Part shown: positions 40,341-53,113 of the stretch, in pieces
How positions within the stretch are numbered: the first letter of the stretch is position 1
Layout of the letters: each line of letters begins with the position of its first letter
Source: the human T2T-CHM13v2.0 reference genome, Homo sapiens
Strand: one strand, 5' to 3'
Assembly (NCBI RefSeq): GCF_009914755.1
Contig: NC_060947.1
Length of the DNA: 64,000 nucleotides
Position numbers and translations under genes: made by a program
The notes under the pieces: generated by a model
Database searches by the model: none
What the model saw: the letters and a program-made list of their open reading frames with translations, nothing else
What the model was told of the DNA's origin: nothing

Positions 40341-40445
40341 GGTTGAGAACAGTGGCTCATGCCTGTAATCCCAGTAGTTTGCCAGGTCAACACAAGCAGA
40401 TCACTTGAGCCCGGGAGTTTGAGACCAGTCTGGGCCACATGAAAA
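40341..40445 (+). mobile_element. Alu left monomer / FLAM-like fragment
   Basis: AGTGGCTCATGCCTGTAATCCCAG..GATCACTTGAGCCCGGGAGTTTGAGACCAG. Confidence 0.8.
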
Positions 40446-41290
40446 ATCACCACATAAACAATTTATGTGGAACCATAGAAAATGCAGAATAGACAAAGCT
40501 ACGTTAACCCAAAAGAACAAAATTGGTGATATCACATTACCTGACTTCAAATTACACTAGAGAGCAATAATAACCAAAACAGCACAGTACTATCATAAAA
40601 GCAGACACATAGACCAAAGGAACAGAATCGAGAGCACCAAAACAAATCCACACACTTACAGTGAACTCATTTTTGACAAAGGTATAAAGAACATACACTG
40701 GGGAATAAATAGTGCTAGGAAAATGAAATAGCCACATACAGAAGAATGAAACTAGACTACTACCTCTTGCTGCAAACAAAAATCAAATCAAAATGGATTA
40801 AAGACTTAAATCTAATACCTCAAACTGTAAAACTACTGCAATAAAACTTTGGAGAAAATCTATAGCACATTGGTCTGGGGTAAAAATTTTTTGAGCAATA
40901 CCTCACATGTACAAGCAACCAAAGCAAAGGAAACAAATGAGATCACATCAAGTTAGGAAGCTTCTGCAGAGCAAAAGTAGTGTGGGGTTAAGGGGAATGG
41001 GGAAGGTTAATTTACACACAAAAAAAATACCTAGAATGAATAAGTAAGACCTAGTGTTTGATAGAAAAACAGTGTTTCTGTGGTCAATAATAATATAATT
41101 GCATATTAAAATATTTTAAAAAGTATACTTGGATTGTTTGTAACACACAAAAAATAAATGCTTGAGGGGATGGTTATCCCACATTACATGATATGATTAT
41201 TATGCATTGAATGCCTGTATCAATAAATCTCATTTACCTCTAAATAGACACCTACAATGTATCCACAAAAATCAAAATAAAAAAAAATCA

Positions 41291-43238
41291 ATCAATAGAG
41301 TACACCACACTAACAGAATGAAGGCAATAGAAATCACAATTATTTCAATTGATGCATAAAAAGTCTTTGACAAGATTTAACGTATCCTTCATGATAAAAA
41401 CACTTAAACAAGAAATAGAAGGAAAGTACCTCGACACAATATGGAACATTTATGAAAAGCCCACAGTTAACATCAGACTCAATGGTGAAAGACTCAGAGC
41501 TCTTTATCTAAGATTTGGAACATAACATAAGTGCCTCCTTTTGCCACTTCTATTCAACATAGTACTTGAACTTTTAGTCAGAGAAATTAGGCAAGAAAGG
41601 AAAATAAAAGGCATCCAAACTGAAAAGGAAGCAAAATTATTATATCGGTTCACAGTGAAAATAATATTGTATGTAGAAAATCCCAAAAAACACACAAAAA
41701 AATTCCAGAGCTAATTTAAAAATTAGCAAATTTGCAAAATACAAAGATCAATGCCCAAAATTAGTTACATTCCTTTACAATAATAATAAACAATCTGAAA
41801 GAAAATTAAGAAGTCATTTACATTTACAATGGCACTGAAAAAATAAATTAGGAATAAACTAAGTGAGTGAAAGACTTGTACACACACACACACATACACA
41901 CAAATGTTGCTGGAAATAATTGAAGACACAAAAACATGGAAAGACATTCCATGTTCATAGATTAGAAGACTTATGTCAGGCCTCTGAGCCCAAGCCAAGC
42001 CATCGCATCCCCTGTGACTCGCACGTATATGCCCAGATGGCCTGAAGTAACTGAAGAATCACAAAAGAAGTGAATATGCCCTGCCCCACCTTAACTGATG
42101 ACATTCCACCACAAAAGAAGTGTAAATGGCCGGTCCTTGCCTTAAGTGATGACATTACCTTGTGAAAGTCCTTTTCCTGGCTCATCCTGGCTCAAAAAGC
42201 ACCCGCACTGAGCACCTTGTGACCCCCACTCCTGCCTGCCAGAGAACAAACCCCCTTTGACTGTAATTTTCTTTTACCTACCCAAATCCTATAAAATGGC
42301 CCCACCCTTATCTCCCTTCGCTGACTCTCTTTTCAGACTCAGCCCGCCTGCACCCAGGTGAAATAAACAGCCTTGTTGCTCACACAAAACCTGTTTGGTG
42401 GTCTCTTCACACGGACGTGCATGAAAACTTAATATTGTTAATATTTTTACACTTCGCAAAGAAATCTATAGATTCAAGGAAATCCACATCAAAATCTTAA
42501 TGGTGCCTTCTGCAAAATAGTAAAATTTATCTGAAATCTATTTAGGATTATAAGGGACTCAGATTAGTGAAAATAATTTTTAAAAAGAACAAAGTTGGAG
42601 TTCTGACACTCCCTCATTTCAAAAATTACTGCAAAAGTACAGTAACCAAAACATTGTGGTAATGGCTTAAAGAAATACATATAGTCAAATACTATAGAAG
42701 AGACAGTTCAGCAATTAACCCTTGTGTATATAACCAAATGATTTTTTACAAGAGTGGCAAGTCCATTCAATGGGGAAGAAAGTCTACTCAACAATGTTCT
42801 TGAGAAAACAATGTCCACTTGCAATAGAAAAGTGAACCCTTACCTTACACCATATATAAAAAGTAATTCAAAATAAATACCTGAACATAAAAGCTAAAAC
42901 TCTAAAACTCTTAAAATTAAAACAAAAGGAAAACAAAATTGTTTATATCATTGGCTTTTACAAGTACTTCTTGGATATTGTACCAAAAGCACAAGCAATT
43001 TAAAAAATAGAAAAGTTTGACTTCTTCAAATCAAAACTTTTGTGCTTCAAAGGACAGTATGAACAAAGTGAAAAGGCAATCCATGGAATGTGAGAAAATA
43101 CTTTCAAATTATATATTGAATAAGTGATTAATATTCGGAATATACAAATGACTGATACTACTTTTTAAAAGATTCAAAAATCATCAAAGTTCTTAAATAG
43201 ACATTTCTCCAAAGAACACATACAAATGGCCCATAACC
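41291..43238 (+). mobile_element. Old L1M ORF2 RT and 3' region (continuation of the element left of 17273), interrupted by LTR7
   Basis: TTTCAATTGATGCATAAAAAGTCTTTGACAAGATT, CCACTTCTATTCAACATAGTACT. Confidence 0.8.
41974..42426 (+). mobile_element. Solo LTR7 (HERV-H), little diverged
   Basis: TGTCAGGCCTCTGAGCCCAAGCCAAGCCATCGCATCCCC ... GGTCTCTTCACACGGACGTGCATGAAA; TSD ACTTA at 41969-41973 and 42427-42431. Confidence 0.96.
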
Positions 43239-44730
43239 AGAGTAACATCAGCAAAATGATGGTATAGGAGCTCTTCTACTTGTATCCACCCACAGCAACA
43301 ATTGGTTCACAGCTATCCATTGACAAAAGTGTCTTTGTGGGAGTTTTCGGATTTAGGTAGAATTTTGTAATATCCCAGTAGAGCCTGAGACCTAGGAAGG
43401 CCATTCTGAGAAGACAAATCATAACAAGTTTCAGATTTGCAAACTACAGTTCCAGCCTCAGACCCAGAAATGACCGTTTCCCCTTGGGGACTTGGTTACA
43501 ACCCCTTTTGTCCTTAGTCATTCTACCACCATAACTATCTGTCAAGGAACCCGGGGATCACTTGCCTCAGGTTACAGGGATGCCAACCTTGGCCCTGGCT
43601 GTGGACTTAGAAAGGACCCTGAAACCAAGCTTTAGCTTTCTCAGCTGCAGTGTGAGAAAATTACTGCTGGAAGCACAGGAAGCCAGAGGGAAAAATACTG
43701 GTATGAGTCACTGGGGCAGGTATGCTGACCTTGGTCACACAGAAGACCCTAAAATGTCCCTGAGATGTGGCTCCATCCCTTCTCAGTTGTGATCTGAAGA
43801 CAGTCCTGCTCACAGAGTTTCAGAGGAACTATGTCCATCTGAGTCCCTGGGGCAGGTTTACTAACTTTACAAGTCACACAAAAAATCCTGAAACATCCCT
43901 GTGACTCAGCTCCAGACCCTCTAAGCAGTAATATGAGAGCAGTTCTGCCCAAAAAAAGACCCAGAGGTGACATGCCAATCTGTGTCCCCAGTGTCAGGCT
44001 TACAGACAATGGTCTTGTATGTGAAACTTGGAGCAACCCTGTGACTTGATTCTAGCCCGTTTTAGTCTCAGTTGGAAGCCAGCACTGACTTCCCAGCGGC
44101 CTACCTAATGACCCATTGGGAGCCCTTCCAGCAAGCAGAAGGAAGCCACACCAGTCCTTGCATCTATTTAGAAGCTGATCATCAGCAGTCCCTGAAGCAG
44201 ACACTCAAACCAGCTCCAGCCATACTAACCAAAATTATGGAGGCAGTCCAGTCTACCCAGGGACCAGACAGGATCCATGCTCACTATAGCCCCTGGTAAC
44301 AAGCTTTTAATCTGTGAACCCCACTGCAGACCTATTAGTCATATAACCTGGCTCCAACTTCTTTTGACGGTGATCCTGGAAGCAATCCTATTAACTCAGA
44401 GACCCAACAGGAGAAAGTCTTTTCCTTTAAAAACCAGTCTGTAAAGGCAAAATAACTGTTAACTCTTTCAAATGCACAGACACCAACATGAGGCGAAATG
44501 CATACCAAAGAATCACAAAAATGTGACACCACTAAAATAAACTGATAAAGCACCAGTAATTGACCCCAAAGAAATAAAGATCTATACATTACTGGAAAAA
44601 AAGAATTCAAATAATTATCCTAAACCTAAGTGAAATACAGAAAACACAAATAGATAACTAAAGAAAATAGAGAAATAATGCATGAACAAAGTGAAGTTTA
44701 ATGAAGAAATATAAAACATAAAAAACCCAA
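43239..44730 (+). mobile_element. L1M2/L1M3-type 5' UTR and ORF1 start
   Basis: GTAACATCAGCAAAATG..TAGGAG start; ORF1-like AAGAATTCAAATAATTATCC..GTGAAATACAG. Confidence 0.65.
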
Positions 44731-44816
44731 ATGTATCTGATGTCAGATTAATCTTTCAGATAACACTGGTGTAGTATCTTACAGATTCTTCAGTCAAAAA
44801 GGCCTTTGTTCAAATT

Positions 44817-46088
44817 CAAACGCTGATAGATGTGAACACTTAAGTCCAGGCTGAGATGGTCTCACGTGGAGATGAGTAATTTATTGGGAACTGGAGTAAC
44901 AGTCACTCATGCTACGCTTTAGCAAAGAAACTGGTGGCATTTTGTCCCTGCCCTAGAGATCTATGGAACATTGAACTTGAGTTGGATGATTTAAGATATC
45001 TGATGGAAGAAATTTCTAAGCAGCAATGCATTCAAGACATGACCTAAGTTAATCTGAAGGCTTTTAGTTTTATGCATTCACAAATAGATTATTTGAAATT
45101 GGAACTTATGTTTTAAGGAAAGCAGAGCATAAAAGCTTGAAAAATTTGTAGCCTGAGGATGTAATAGAAAAGGAAAAAAAAATTGCTGGGGAGAAATTCA
45201 AGCTGGCTGCAGAAATTTGCATAAGTAACAAGGAGCCAAATGTTAATCACCAAGACAATGGGAAAAATGTTTTCAGTACATGTCAGAGGTCTCCATGGCT
45301 GCCCTTCACACCACTGTGCTCCTGGAAAAGCCACAGACACTCAATGCCCACCCATGAAAGCAGCTGGGATGGGGGCTGTCCCCTGCAAACCCACAAGGGT
45401 GGAGCTGCCCAAGACTGTGTGAACCCTTGCATCACTGAATTTCAGATTTGCATGGGGCCTGTAACCCCTTTGATTTAGCCAATTTCTCCCATTTGAAATG
45501 GGAGCATTTATCCAATGCCTGTATCCTCATAGTATCTTAGAAGGAATTAAATTGTTTTTGATTTTACAGGCTCATAGGCAGAAGGGACTTGCCTTGTATC
45601 AGATGTGACTGGACTGTGGACGTTTGGGATAATGCTGAAATTAGTTAAGATTTTGGTGAACTGATTGAAAGGCATTATTGTTTCTAAAATGTGAAGACAT
45701 GAGATTTGGGAGGGGCCAGGAGTGGAATAATATGGTTTAGCTTTGTCCCCGCCCAGATCTCATCTTGAATTGTAATCCCCAGGTGTTAAGGGAAGAAACT
45801 GGTGAAAGGTGATTGGAATATGGGGGCAGTTTTTCCCATGCTGTTCTCGTGATAGTGAATTCTCATGAAATCTGATGGTTTTAAAAATGGTAGTTTTCCT
45901 GCACTCTCAAAACACTCCCTCTCATCCTGCCAATATGGAAGACATGCCTGCTTCCCCTTCTGTCATGATTGTAAGTTTTCTGAGGCTGCCCCAGCCATGT
46001 GGAACTGTGAGTCAATTTTACCTCTATCCTTTATAAATTACCCTGTCTCAGGTAGTTTTTTATAGCAGTGTGAGCATGGACTATTACA
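44817..46088 (+). mobile_element. THE1D/MSTA-like MaLR: deleted internal region plus 3' LTR (45728-46088)
   Basis: GTCCAGGCTGAGATGGTCTC..; LTR TAATATGGTTTAGCTTTGTCCCC ... ATGGACTATTACA. Confidence 0.85.
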
Positions 46089-46428
46089 GGTACAAAAAAA
46101 AAAAATAGAAAGAATAAATAAAACCTACTATCTGAAAGCATAAGAGTGACTATAGTCAATAATAACTCTACAGTTTAAAAAATTGAGGGAGTTTAATTGT
46201 ATTGTTTGGGACTCAAAAAATAAACACTTGAGCACAGGGAAACACTCCCCCATCCCCCAAAATATCATTTGACCCAGCAATTCCACTACTGGTTATTTAC
46301 TAAAAAATGTTATTTTAGAGCAAACACACCTGCACCTATATGTTTATCTCAGCACTACTCACAATAATGAAGTCATAGAAACAACCCAAGTGTCTATCAG
46401 TGTTTGATTGAATAGAATATATATATAC

Positions 46429-46470
<42 letters not shown>

Positions 46471-46850
46471 CATGGAATACTATATGGAATACTACGAAGC
46501 TACGAAAAGACACAATCTTGCCTTTTGCAGCATCACAGAGGGAGCTAGATGCCATTATCCTAAGTGAAATAAATCCTAAACAGATAATAAAATACTGCAT
46601 GTTCCCACTTATAAATGGGAACTAAACAATGTATATTCAAAGACATAAAGACGGAAATAATAGATTCTGGTAACTACAAAATGGGGGAGGTAGAGAGGCG
46701 GATGAGGGTTGAAAAATTACTTATTGTGTACAATGGTCCTTATTTGAGTGAAAAGTACACTAGAACTACAAACCGCAGCATTATGTAAAACTTCCATGTA
46801 ACAAACATACACATGTACCCTCTGAATCTAAAATAAAATAAAATAAAACA
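46089..46850 (+). mobile_element. Two L1 3'-end fragments (L1MA-type, then L1PA15-16/L1PB4-type) with (TA)n(CA)n at 46418-46469
   Basis: GTGACTATAGTCAATAATAAC; CACATGTACCCTCTGAATCTAAAATAAAA. Confidence 0.75.
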
Positions 46851-46909
46851 TTCATGTAGACTGACCAATGGAACAGATTAGAAAGCCTGGAAAGAAACTC
46901 TCATATATA

Positions 46910-47256
46910 CAGTAGACCCTCTTATCCATGGGGGATACTTCTAAGACCACCAGTCAATACCTGAAACCATGGATGGTACCAAACCCTATATATACACTGT
47001 TTTTTTAACCTACACATATAATGTTTAATTTAATGAATAAATTAAGTACAGTATGAGATTAACAATAAGTAATAAAATAGAACAATTATAACAATATACT
47101 GTATTAAAAGTTACATAAATGTGGTCTCTCTATCCCTTTCCCTCTCTTAAAATATCTTACTGTACCATACTCTTCTAATACTGATCGTGGTTGGCCATGG
47201 GTACCTGAAAACCTGAAACCATGGAAAGCAAAATCACAGACAAAGGGATACTACTG
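46910..47256. mobile_element. MER44-like Tigger-family MITE
   Basis: TIRs CAGTAGACCCTCTTATCC / GACAAAGGGATACTACTG with TA TSDs. Confidence 0.85.
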
Positions 47257-50200
47257 TATTTGATTGGCTAATTTTTGGCAAGAGCACCAAGAAAACAGAG
47301 TAGAGAAAGTAGAATCTTTTCAATAAATGATGGAAAACCTGGTTATCTGCATGCAAAATAATAAAATTGGACATTTTCTTATTATACCACATACAAAAAT
47401 TACCTGAAAATAATTAAAAGCTTTAGGGTCTGATATAACAAAACTCACAGAAGAAAACAAAGAAGAAAATATTGATATTGATCTTGGTAATGATTTTTGG
47501 ATATAAAAAAAAACACAGTCAAGAAATGCAGAGATAAATAAATGGAGCTAAGTTAAACTAGATCGTTTCTGCAAAGCAAACAAACAATCAACAAAATGAA
47601 AAAAGGCATCTATAGACTAGATGTACAAATTTACATGTGTACATATATACATATAGACATATACATATATGTATGCATATGTAGAGAGAAATATTAAACT
47701 TTAAAAAAGATGAAAATCTTGTCACATGTAATAACATGGATGAACCTACAAGATATTTTGCTAAGTGAAATAAGCCAGACACAGAATGCTGTATGCATTG
47801 AAGTTTAAAGAAATTAAACTCATAGAAGCAGAAAGCAGAATGGTGGTGCTAGTGGTTGTTGGCTGGGGGAAATGGAGAAATGTTGATGAAGTGGTATAGT
47901 CAGTTACAAGATGAACAACTTCTAAGATCTATTACATTGAATTGGTGGTAATGGATGGGTATCTTTATTTGATTATAGTCATCATTACACTAGGTATACA
48001 TATATCAAACCATCACATTTCACACTTTGAACATACTCAATTCTTAATGTTATCCAATTGAACATTTTAAAATTTTTTAAAAAATCAAATAGCTACTAAG
48101 CAATTGAAAAGATGCTCAAAATCACTATCATTAGTGAACTGTAAATTAAGGCCACTCTGAGATACCACTTCATACCCACTAGGGTGACCATTATTATTAA
48201 AACATTTAAACAAAATAAACAGAAAATAGCAAGGGTTGGCTAGTACATGGAGGAAATGGTACTCTTGTTCATTGCTTCTGGAAATGTAAAATGGTACAAC
48301 CTCTGTGGAAGAGTTTTTTTCTGTCTTTCCTCCCCATATTAGAATGAACATTAATCTAGCAATATTACTTCTGAGTGTATACCCAAAAGAGTTGAAAGCT
48401 GCTGTGACTTGAACAAGTATTTGTAATGCCATGTTAATTTCAACATTATTCACAACACCCAAACATCGAAAGGAACTCGTTTGTTTTTTGGACTGATGGA
48501 CGAATGAGATGTGGTACACACACACAGGAATATTATTTAGCCTTAAATAGAATAAAATTTCAATATGCTACAGCATGGCTAAACTTTGAGGACATTATAC
48601 TTAGTTAAATTAGCCAGTCACAAAAGTACAAATGTTGTATGATTCCCCTTATGTGAGGCATCTAGAGTAGTAATATTCATAGAGACAGAAAGTAGAATGA
48701 TAGTTTCTTGGGGCTGCAGGGAAAGAAATGTGGAATTAGTTTTTAATTGGTATAGCATTTCAGTTGTGGAAGATAAAATAATTCTGCAGATTGATGGTGG
48801 TAATGGTTGCACGCTAATGTGAATGTACTCAATGCCATAGAACTGTGCATATAAAAATGATTAACATGGTAAATTTTACATTAAGTATATTTTACTATAA
48901 TACAGAAAAGTGAAAACATGTGAATTTCCTTAAAAAATAAGAGAGATTATTAAAACATAACAACAAAAAAACCCAAGACCTAACTACATGCTATGACAAG
49001 AAACCCAATTTAAATATAAAACTTACGTTCACAAAATACCCTGAATATGAATGGTCATAAAAGCCTTATTCACAATATCCCTGGAAACAAGTATGTTGTC
49101 TTTCAACAGGTGAATCAATAAACAAACAGTGGGACATCTACCAAATGAAATGCTACTTAGCAATAGAAATGAAGGAACTAGTGATAAGTGCAAGAGCATG
49201 GAAAAATCTTACATGCATTTTTTTTTTTTCCGAGTGGGAGAAATCGGACCCAAAAACCACAGATATTGTGTAATTTTATTTACTCTATATTTTGGAAAAG
49301 GAAAATCTATAATGCTGGAAAACAGGCTTGTTGTTTCTAGGTGTTGGAAAAAGGGACAAAGATTTAGCTATAATAAAGCCTCATAATGGGATTTCTAGGG
49401 GACAGAATTATTGTTTAATATTCTGATAGTAAATATATAACATGCATCTGTCAAAAGCCCATAAAACTTAGCACAACAAAGTATAACTTTTATTGCCAGT
49501 AAATAAAAACAAAATAAACCAGGATATTGGGAAATTTGATGATGGAATGCTAACCATAAAACAATAATGTAGGTGTATTAAGAAAGGTGTGAAAAAATCT
49601 CAATTATAAGAGTGGTGAGTTAAGATCACCCAAGTAACTTTGTAAAACAATGTGTTGTCTAGATATCATAAGGCCAAACACAATGTGCATCTTAGAGCGG
49701 ATCCTGAAACAGAAAACGTTAGTAAAAAAATGCGTTTCTCACAGGTATTTAGTTCATAAATTCTAAAATTACTTTACATATATACTAATGTTTAATACAT
49801 AATTTTCCTGAAGATAACAATGACCTGGTTTCTCTCTGTGAAAGAAAAGGATTACAAATAAGCAAGAAAATGATGTAGAGTGTATCCTATGCTGCTAAGT
49901 TGGAATTGGAGACTTTGGTACAAATTTATGTGCTCACATTTATTTTATCATATACACAAATAAATAAATATAGATATTTGTATACATGAATTATTACACA
50001 TACATTTCTTAGCTCTGTTTACTGTAATGCCTAGAAGCAATAAAATCTAATATCAAGTCAAATGTCTAGCACCCATATTCTCTAATGAAAGTAACCATGA
50101 TGCCTAGGAGAAACAGCTGATTCAAGGAATGAGAAATGGGAAATATAAGATGAACTGGAATGTCTTCTAGTTCTAGAAAGTAAGAAAGTGTTAAAAAAAA

Positions 50201-52467
50201 AAAAACGAAAATGATGGAACATATAAAGGGACACAGGAGCCAACATAAAAGAGCTTCTATTGGCCCAAGTTGGAACAATTGGAGCAATAACAAAAAAAGA
50301 ATGACAACAATTTTGGATTAATAAACCAGAGAATTTTTAAGTATCTATTGTCTTCTATTGATAAAAAATAAAATATTTCATAAATAAATAGAAAAGCAAG
50401 TACAAAACTTCCTTAAAGAAGAGTGCCAATTAACAAATTTAAAAATAATGAGAAAAATAAATAATCATTATTGTAACTCCACAGTAGTAACTGACTCAGG
50501 CAGTATCCATGGACAAATGTCAAAACCAGTAGGTGAAACTTTAAGTAGAAATATGATGTATCGCATAATCTCAAAGTATCTCCCTCCAATGTATTTGCTA
50601 ATTATTGTGGTGGTTTTAAAATTTTTTGATTCTCCTCCCTCCAGTAGGTGGCACTTAATCACCTTCCCCTTAATTGAGAGTTACATTTAGTGACTCGATT
50701 CTAAAGAATAGACTATGGAATATGAAATTATTGACTTTGTAGTGAGAGATAGTTGCAGACTTCTCCTTAACGAAGTTACTAGGTTAATGTCACCAGTAAT
50801 ATGTCATTCTCATGCCATGCACCCTTGATAAAAAAGGGTATATTGTCTCTGTGGTATTCTTCCCCAAAACCCATAACCTCAGTCTAATAATGAGAAATGA
50901 TCAAACCAACTGAAATTGAGGAACATTTTTCAGAATACCTTAGAAATACTCTTCGAGATTATGAAAGTGTTATGGTCTTGCCAATGCCCCCAAATATGTG
51001 GCAGTCTCTCATTGTCTGAGATAGTACCCAGGGTTATTTGTCTCACATCCAAGAGAATTAAAGAGCAAAGACACAAGGGTAAGGTTGGAGTAGAAGTTTA
51101 GTAAGTGAAAGAAGAAAGCTCTCTGCAGTAAAGAGTGGGGCCTGAATGGGTTGTGTACTATGAGGCTGGGGTTCGGGGTTTTCAGGGACTGGGAAGGGGA
51201 AGAAATGTGCTTTGTCTGTGGCCTGTCTTGAAGAAAGCATGATTAAATTTGGTCCGGTACCTTGGGCTAGGACCTATCAGAAGCTGAAGTGAAAGCTTGG
51301 CCTGGGATCAATCAGGAACTGAAGTGAAAGCTTGGCCCAGGACCTTGGCGGCCTGGGACCAACCAGGAGCTGAAGCAATGATTTATAGAGGCTGTGCTCA
51401 CAGTCCAAAAAAAAGAAAAGTGCCCAACAGAATCTGCTGGAGCCCACTGTGTTCATGCCCACAAAAGGAGAAGAAACTTTTTCCTGGGAGCCCGCTGATT
51501 ATACAAAAGACAAAGACATTTCTATGTCTGATCTTGTTCCCTTAACTGAGTAAGACAGAGGTTTGTGCAAGTTTTCATCTGAATGGGCTGGAGATTCTCC
51601 TATTGAGCAGCCATGGGCATGTCTCCAGGAACAACCCCCTGTCCTAGTTCCCTTACTGAGCTCACAGCTCAATTTTTTCCCAGGCTGCTTTTTGTATTAT
51701 GTGGGGATGATGCACTGATTTGTGGGCCAGGGGCTCTCCAAAGAAACTTCCCTTGCTGTCCGCATAAGGCAAGCTAGCTAACTCCTTGCAAAAGACTATT
51801 CAAGCGTTAAGATAATAAAAAATGATTTTAAAAACCCAGAAATTTTCTCAGATCAGAATACATTGAAGAGACATGCATACTAAATGCAATGTGCATCTTA
51901 GAGTAGATTTTGAAGCAGAAAAATTATTAGTTGAAAAACTAGGGAAATTCACAAGAAGTCTGGTTTAGATACTAACATTATACTAATGTTAATCTTTTAG
52001 CTTTGATAAATACAGCATTGCTATTTAAATTATTAACATTACTAGAAGTTTGGTGAAAGATGTATGGGAATACTGTACTACCTTTTCAACTCTCCTGTAC
52101 ATTTTAAATTATTTTAAAGGGTTAAACAACTTTACAAGGTTTTAAAAATATTTTAAAAGTTTAAAACATGATTAATGCAAATTTTGAATACTGTGTTGTA
52201 GTTAGATGCAAGGAAAACATTTGTAGAGGTATGAATGTATCTCTGAAATCTGGTGCTAAGTCAAAGAAAGAGATAAAATCTGTAACAAAATATCAATTTT
52301 GTATAATAAAGTTTTATAGATATGCAATTGTAAATCAGAGCAGCCACTTTAAAAAATTAATGTAACACTTACATGCTATGTTAAAATTCACCTATCCTAT
52401 AACTCAGCAATTATACTCCAGGATATGTATCTTAGAAAAATCACCATATATGTGCACCAGAAGATAT
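47257..52467 (+). mobile_element. Mosaic of old L1 3' fragments (L1MA/MB/MC/ME types)
   Basis: Repeated L1 3' UTR motifs, e.g. GATGGTGGTAATGGTTGCAC..GAATGTACTCAATGCC; internal boundaries not resolved. Confidence 0.65.
50968..51790 (-). mobile_element. Solo ERV1-type LTR (family not resolved)
   Basis: TG...CA termini with 4-bp TSD AAAG (50964-50967, 51791-51794); internal GAAGTGAAAGCTTGGCC and GGACCAATCAGG-like repeats. Confidence 0.7.
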
Positions 52468-53113
52468 TGAAACAGGAAAAGTTCCCTTGTACCCCTTGCA
52501 GGGTGAGCAATGGGGGCATGGCTCACTTCTTCAGTGCCCCACTGTTCAAACCTCTAGGGGAGCATGGAGATGGGCAGGCTGTGGGGCTCCAACCTCATGG
52601 CAGTGTCTAGGGGTTAATGTTTACAGCTGAAGCTCCAGTGGGTGTGCGTTACAGGGTGCTCTTTTAGTTTAACCATCCATAGGCGGCTTGTGTTAGTCAG
52701 CTCAATTAGACTGCTGCCTTATCTCAAGGAGAGAGGGTTTTCTGTATCCCAGGTTTCTTGCCTTGGTGTACTGAACGAATTGGATCACATGTGGGCTTGG
52801 AGAATGAGTGCAAGGTTTTATTGAGTGGAAGTAGCTCTCAGCAGGTGCGGGAGTCAGAAGGGAGATGGTTTTCCCCTGGAGTCAGGTGGCTTGGTGGCCC
52901 AGGCTCTCCTCTGACTGCCCTGGCCAAACTCCGCCTCATTCTGTGCCGAGACCGGCTAGGCTGGGGAGACCCTAACCCAGCGGTGCTAGAGGAATTAAAG
53001 ACACACACAGAGAAATATAGAGCGTGGAGTGGGAAATCAGAGAACTCACAGCCTTCAGAGCTGAGAGCCCCAAACAGATTTACCCACATATTTATTGACA
53101 GCAAGTCAGTGAT

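Noticed and set aside
44731-44816. ~85 bp unassigned filler between L1 ORF1 and the MaLR internal region, with a small ATCTGA/TCAGAT palindrome
   Set aside because: Too short to classify; probably a deletion-junction remnant.
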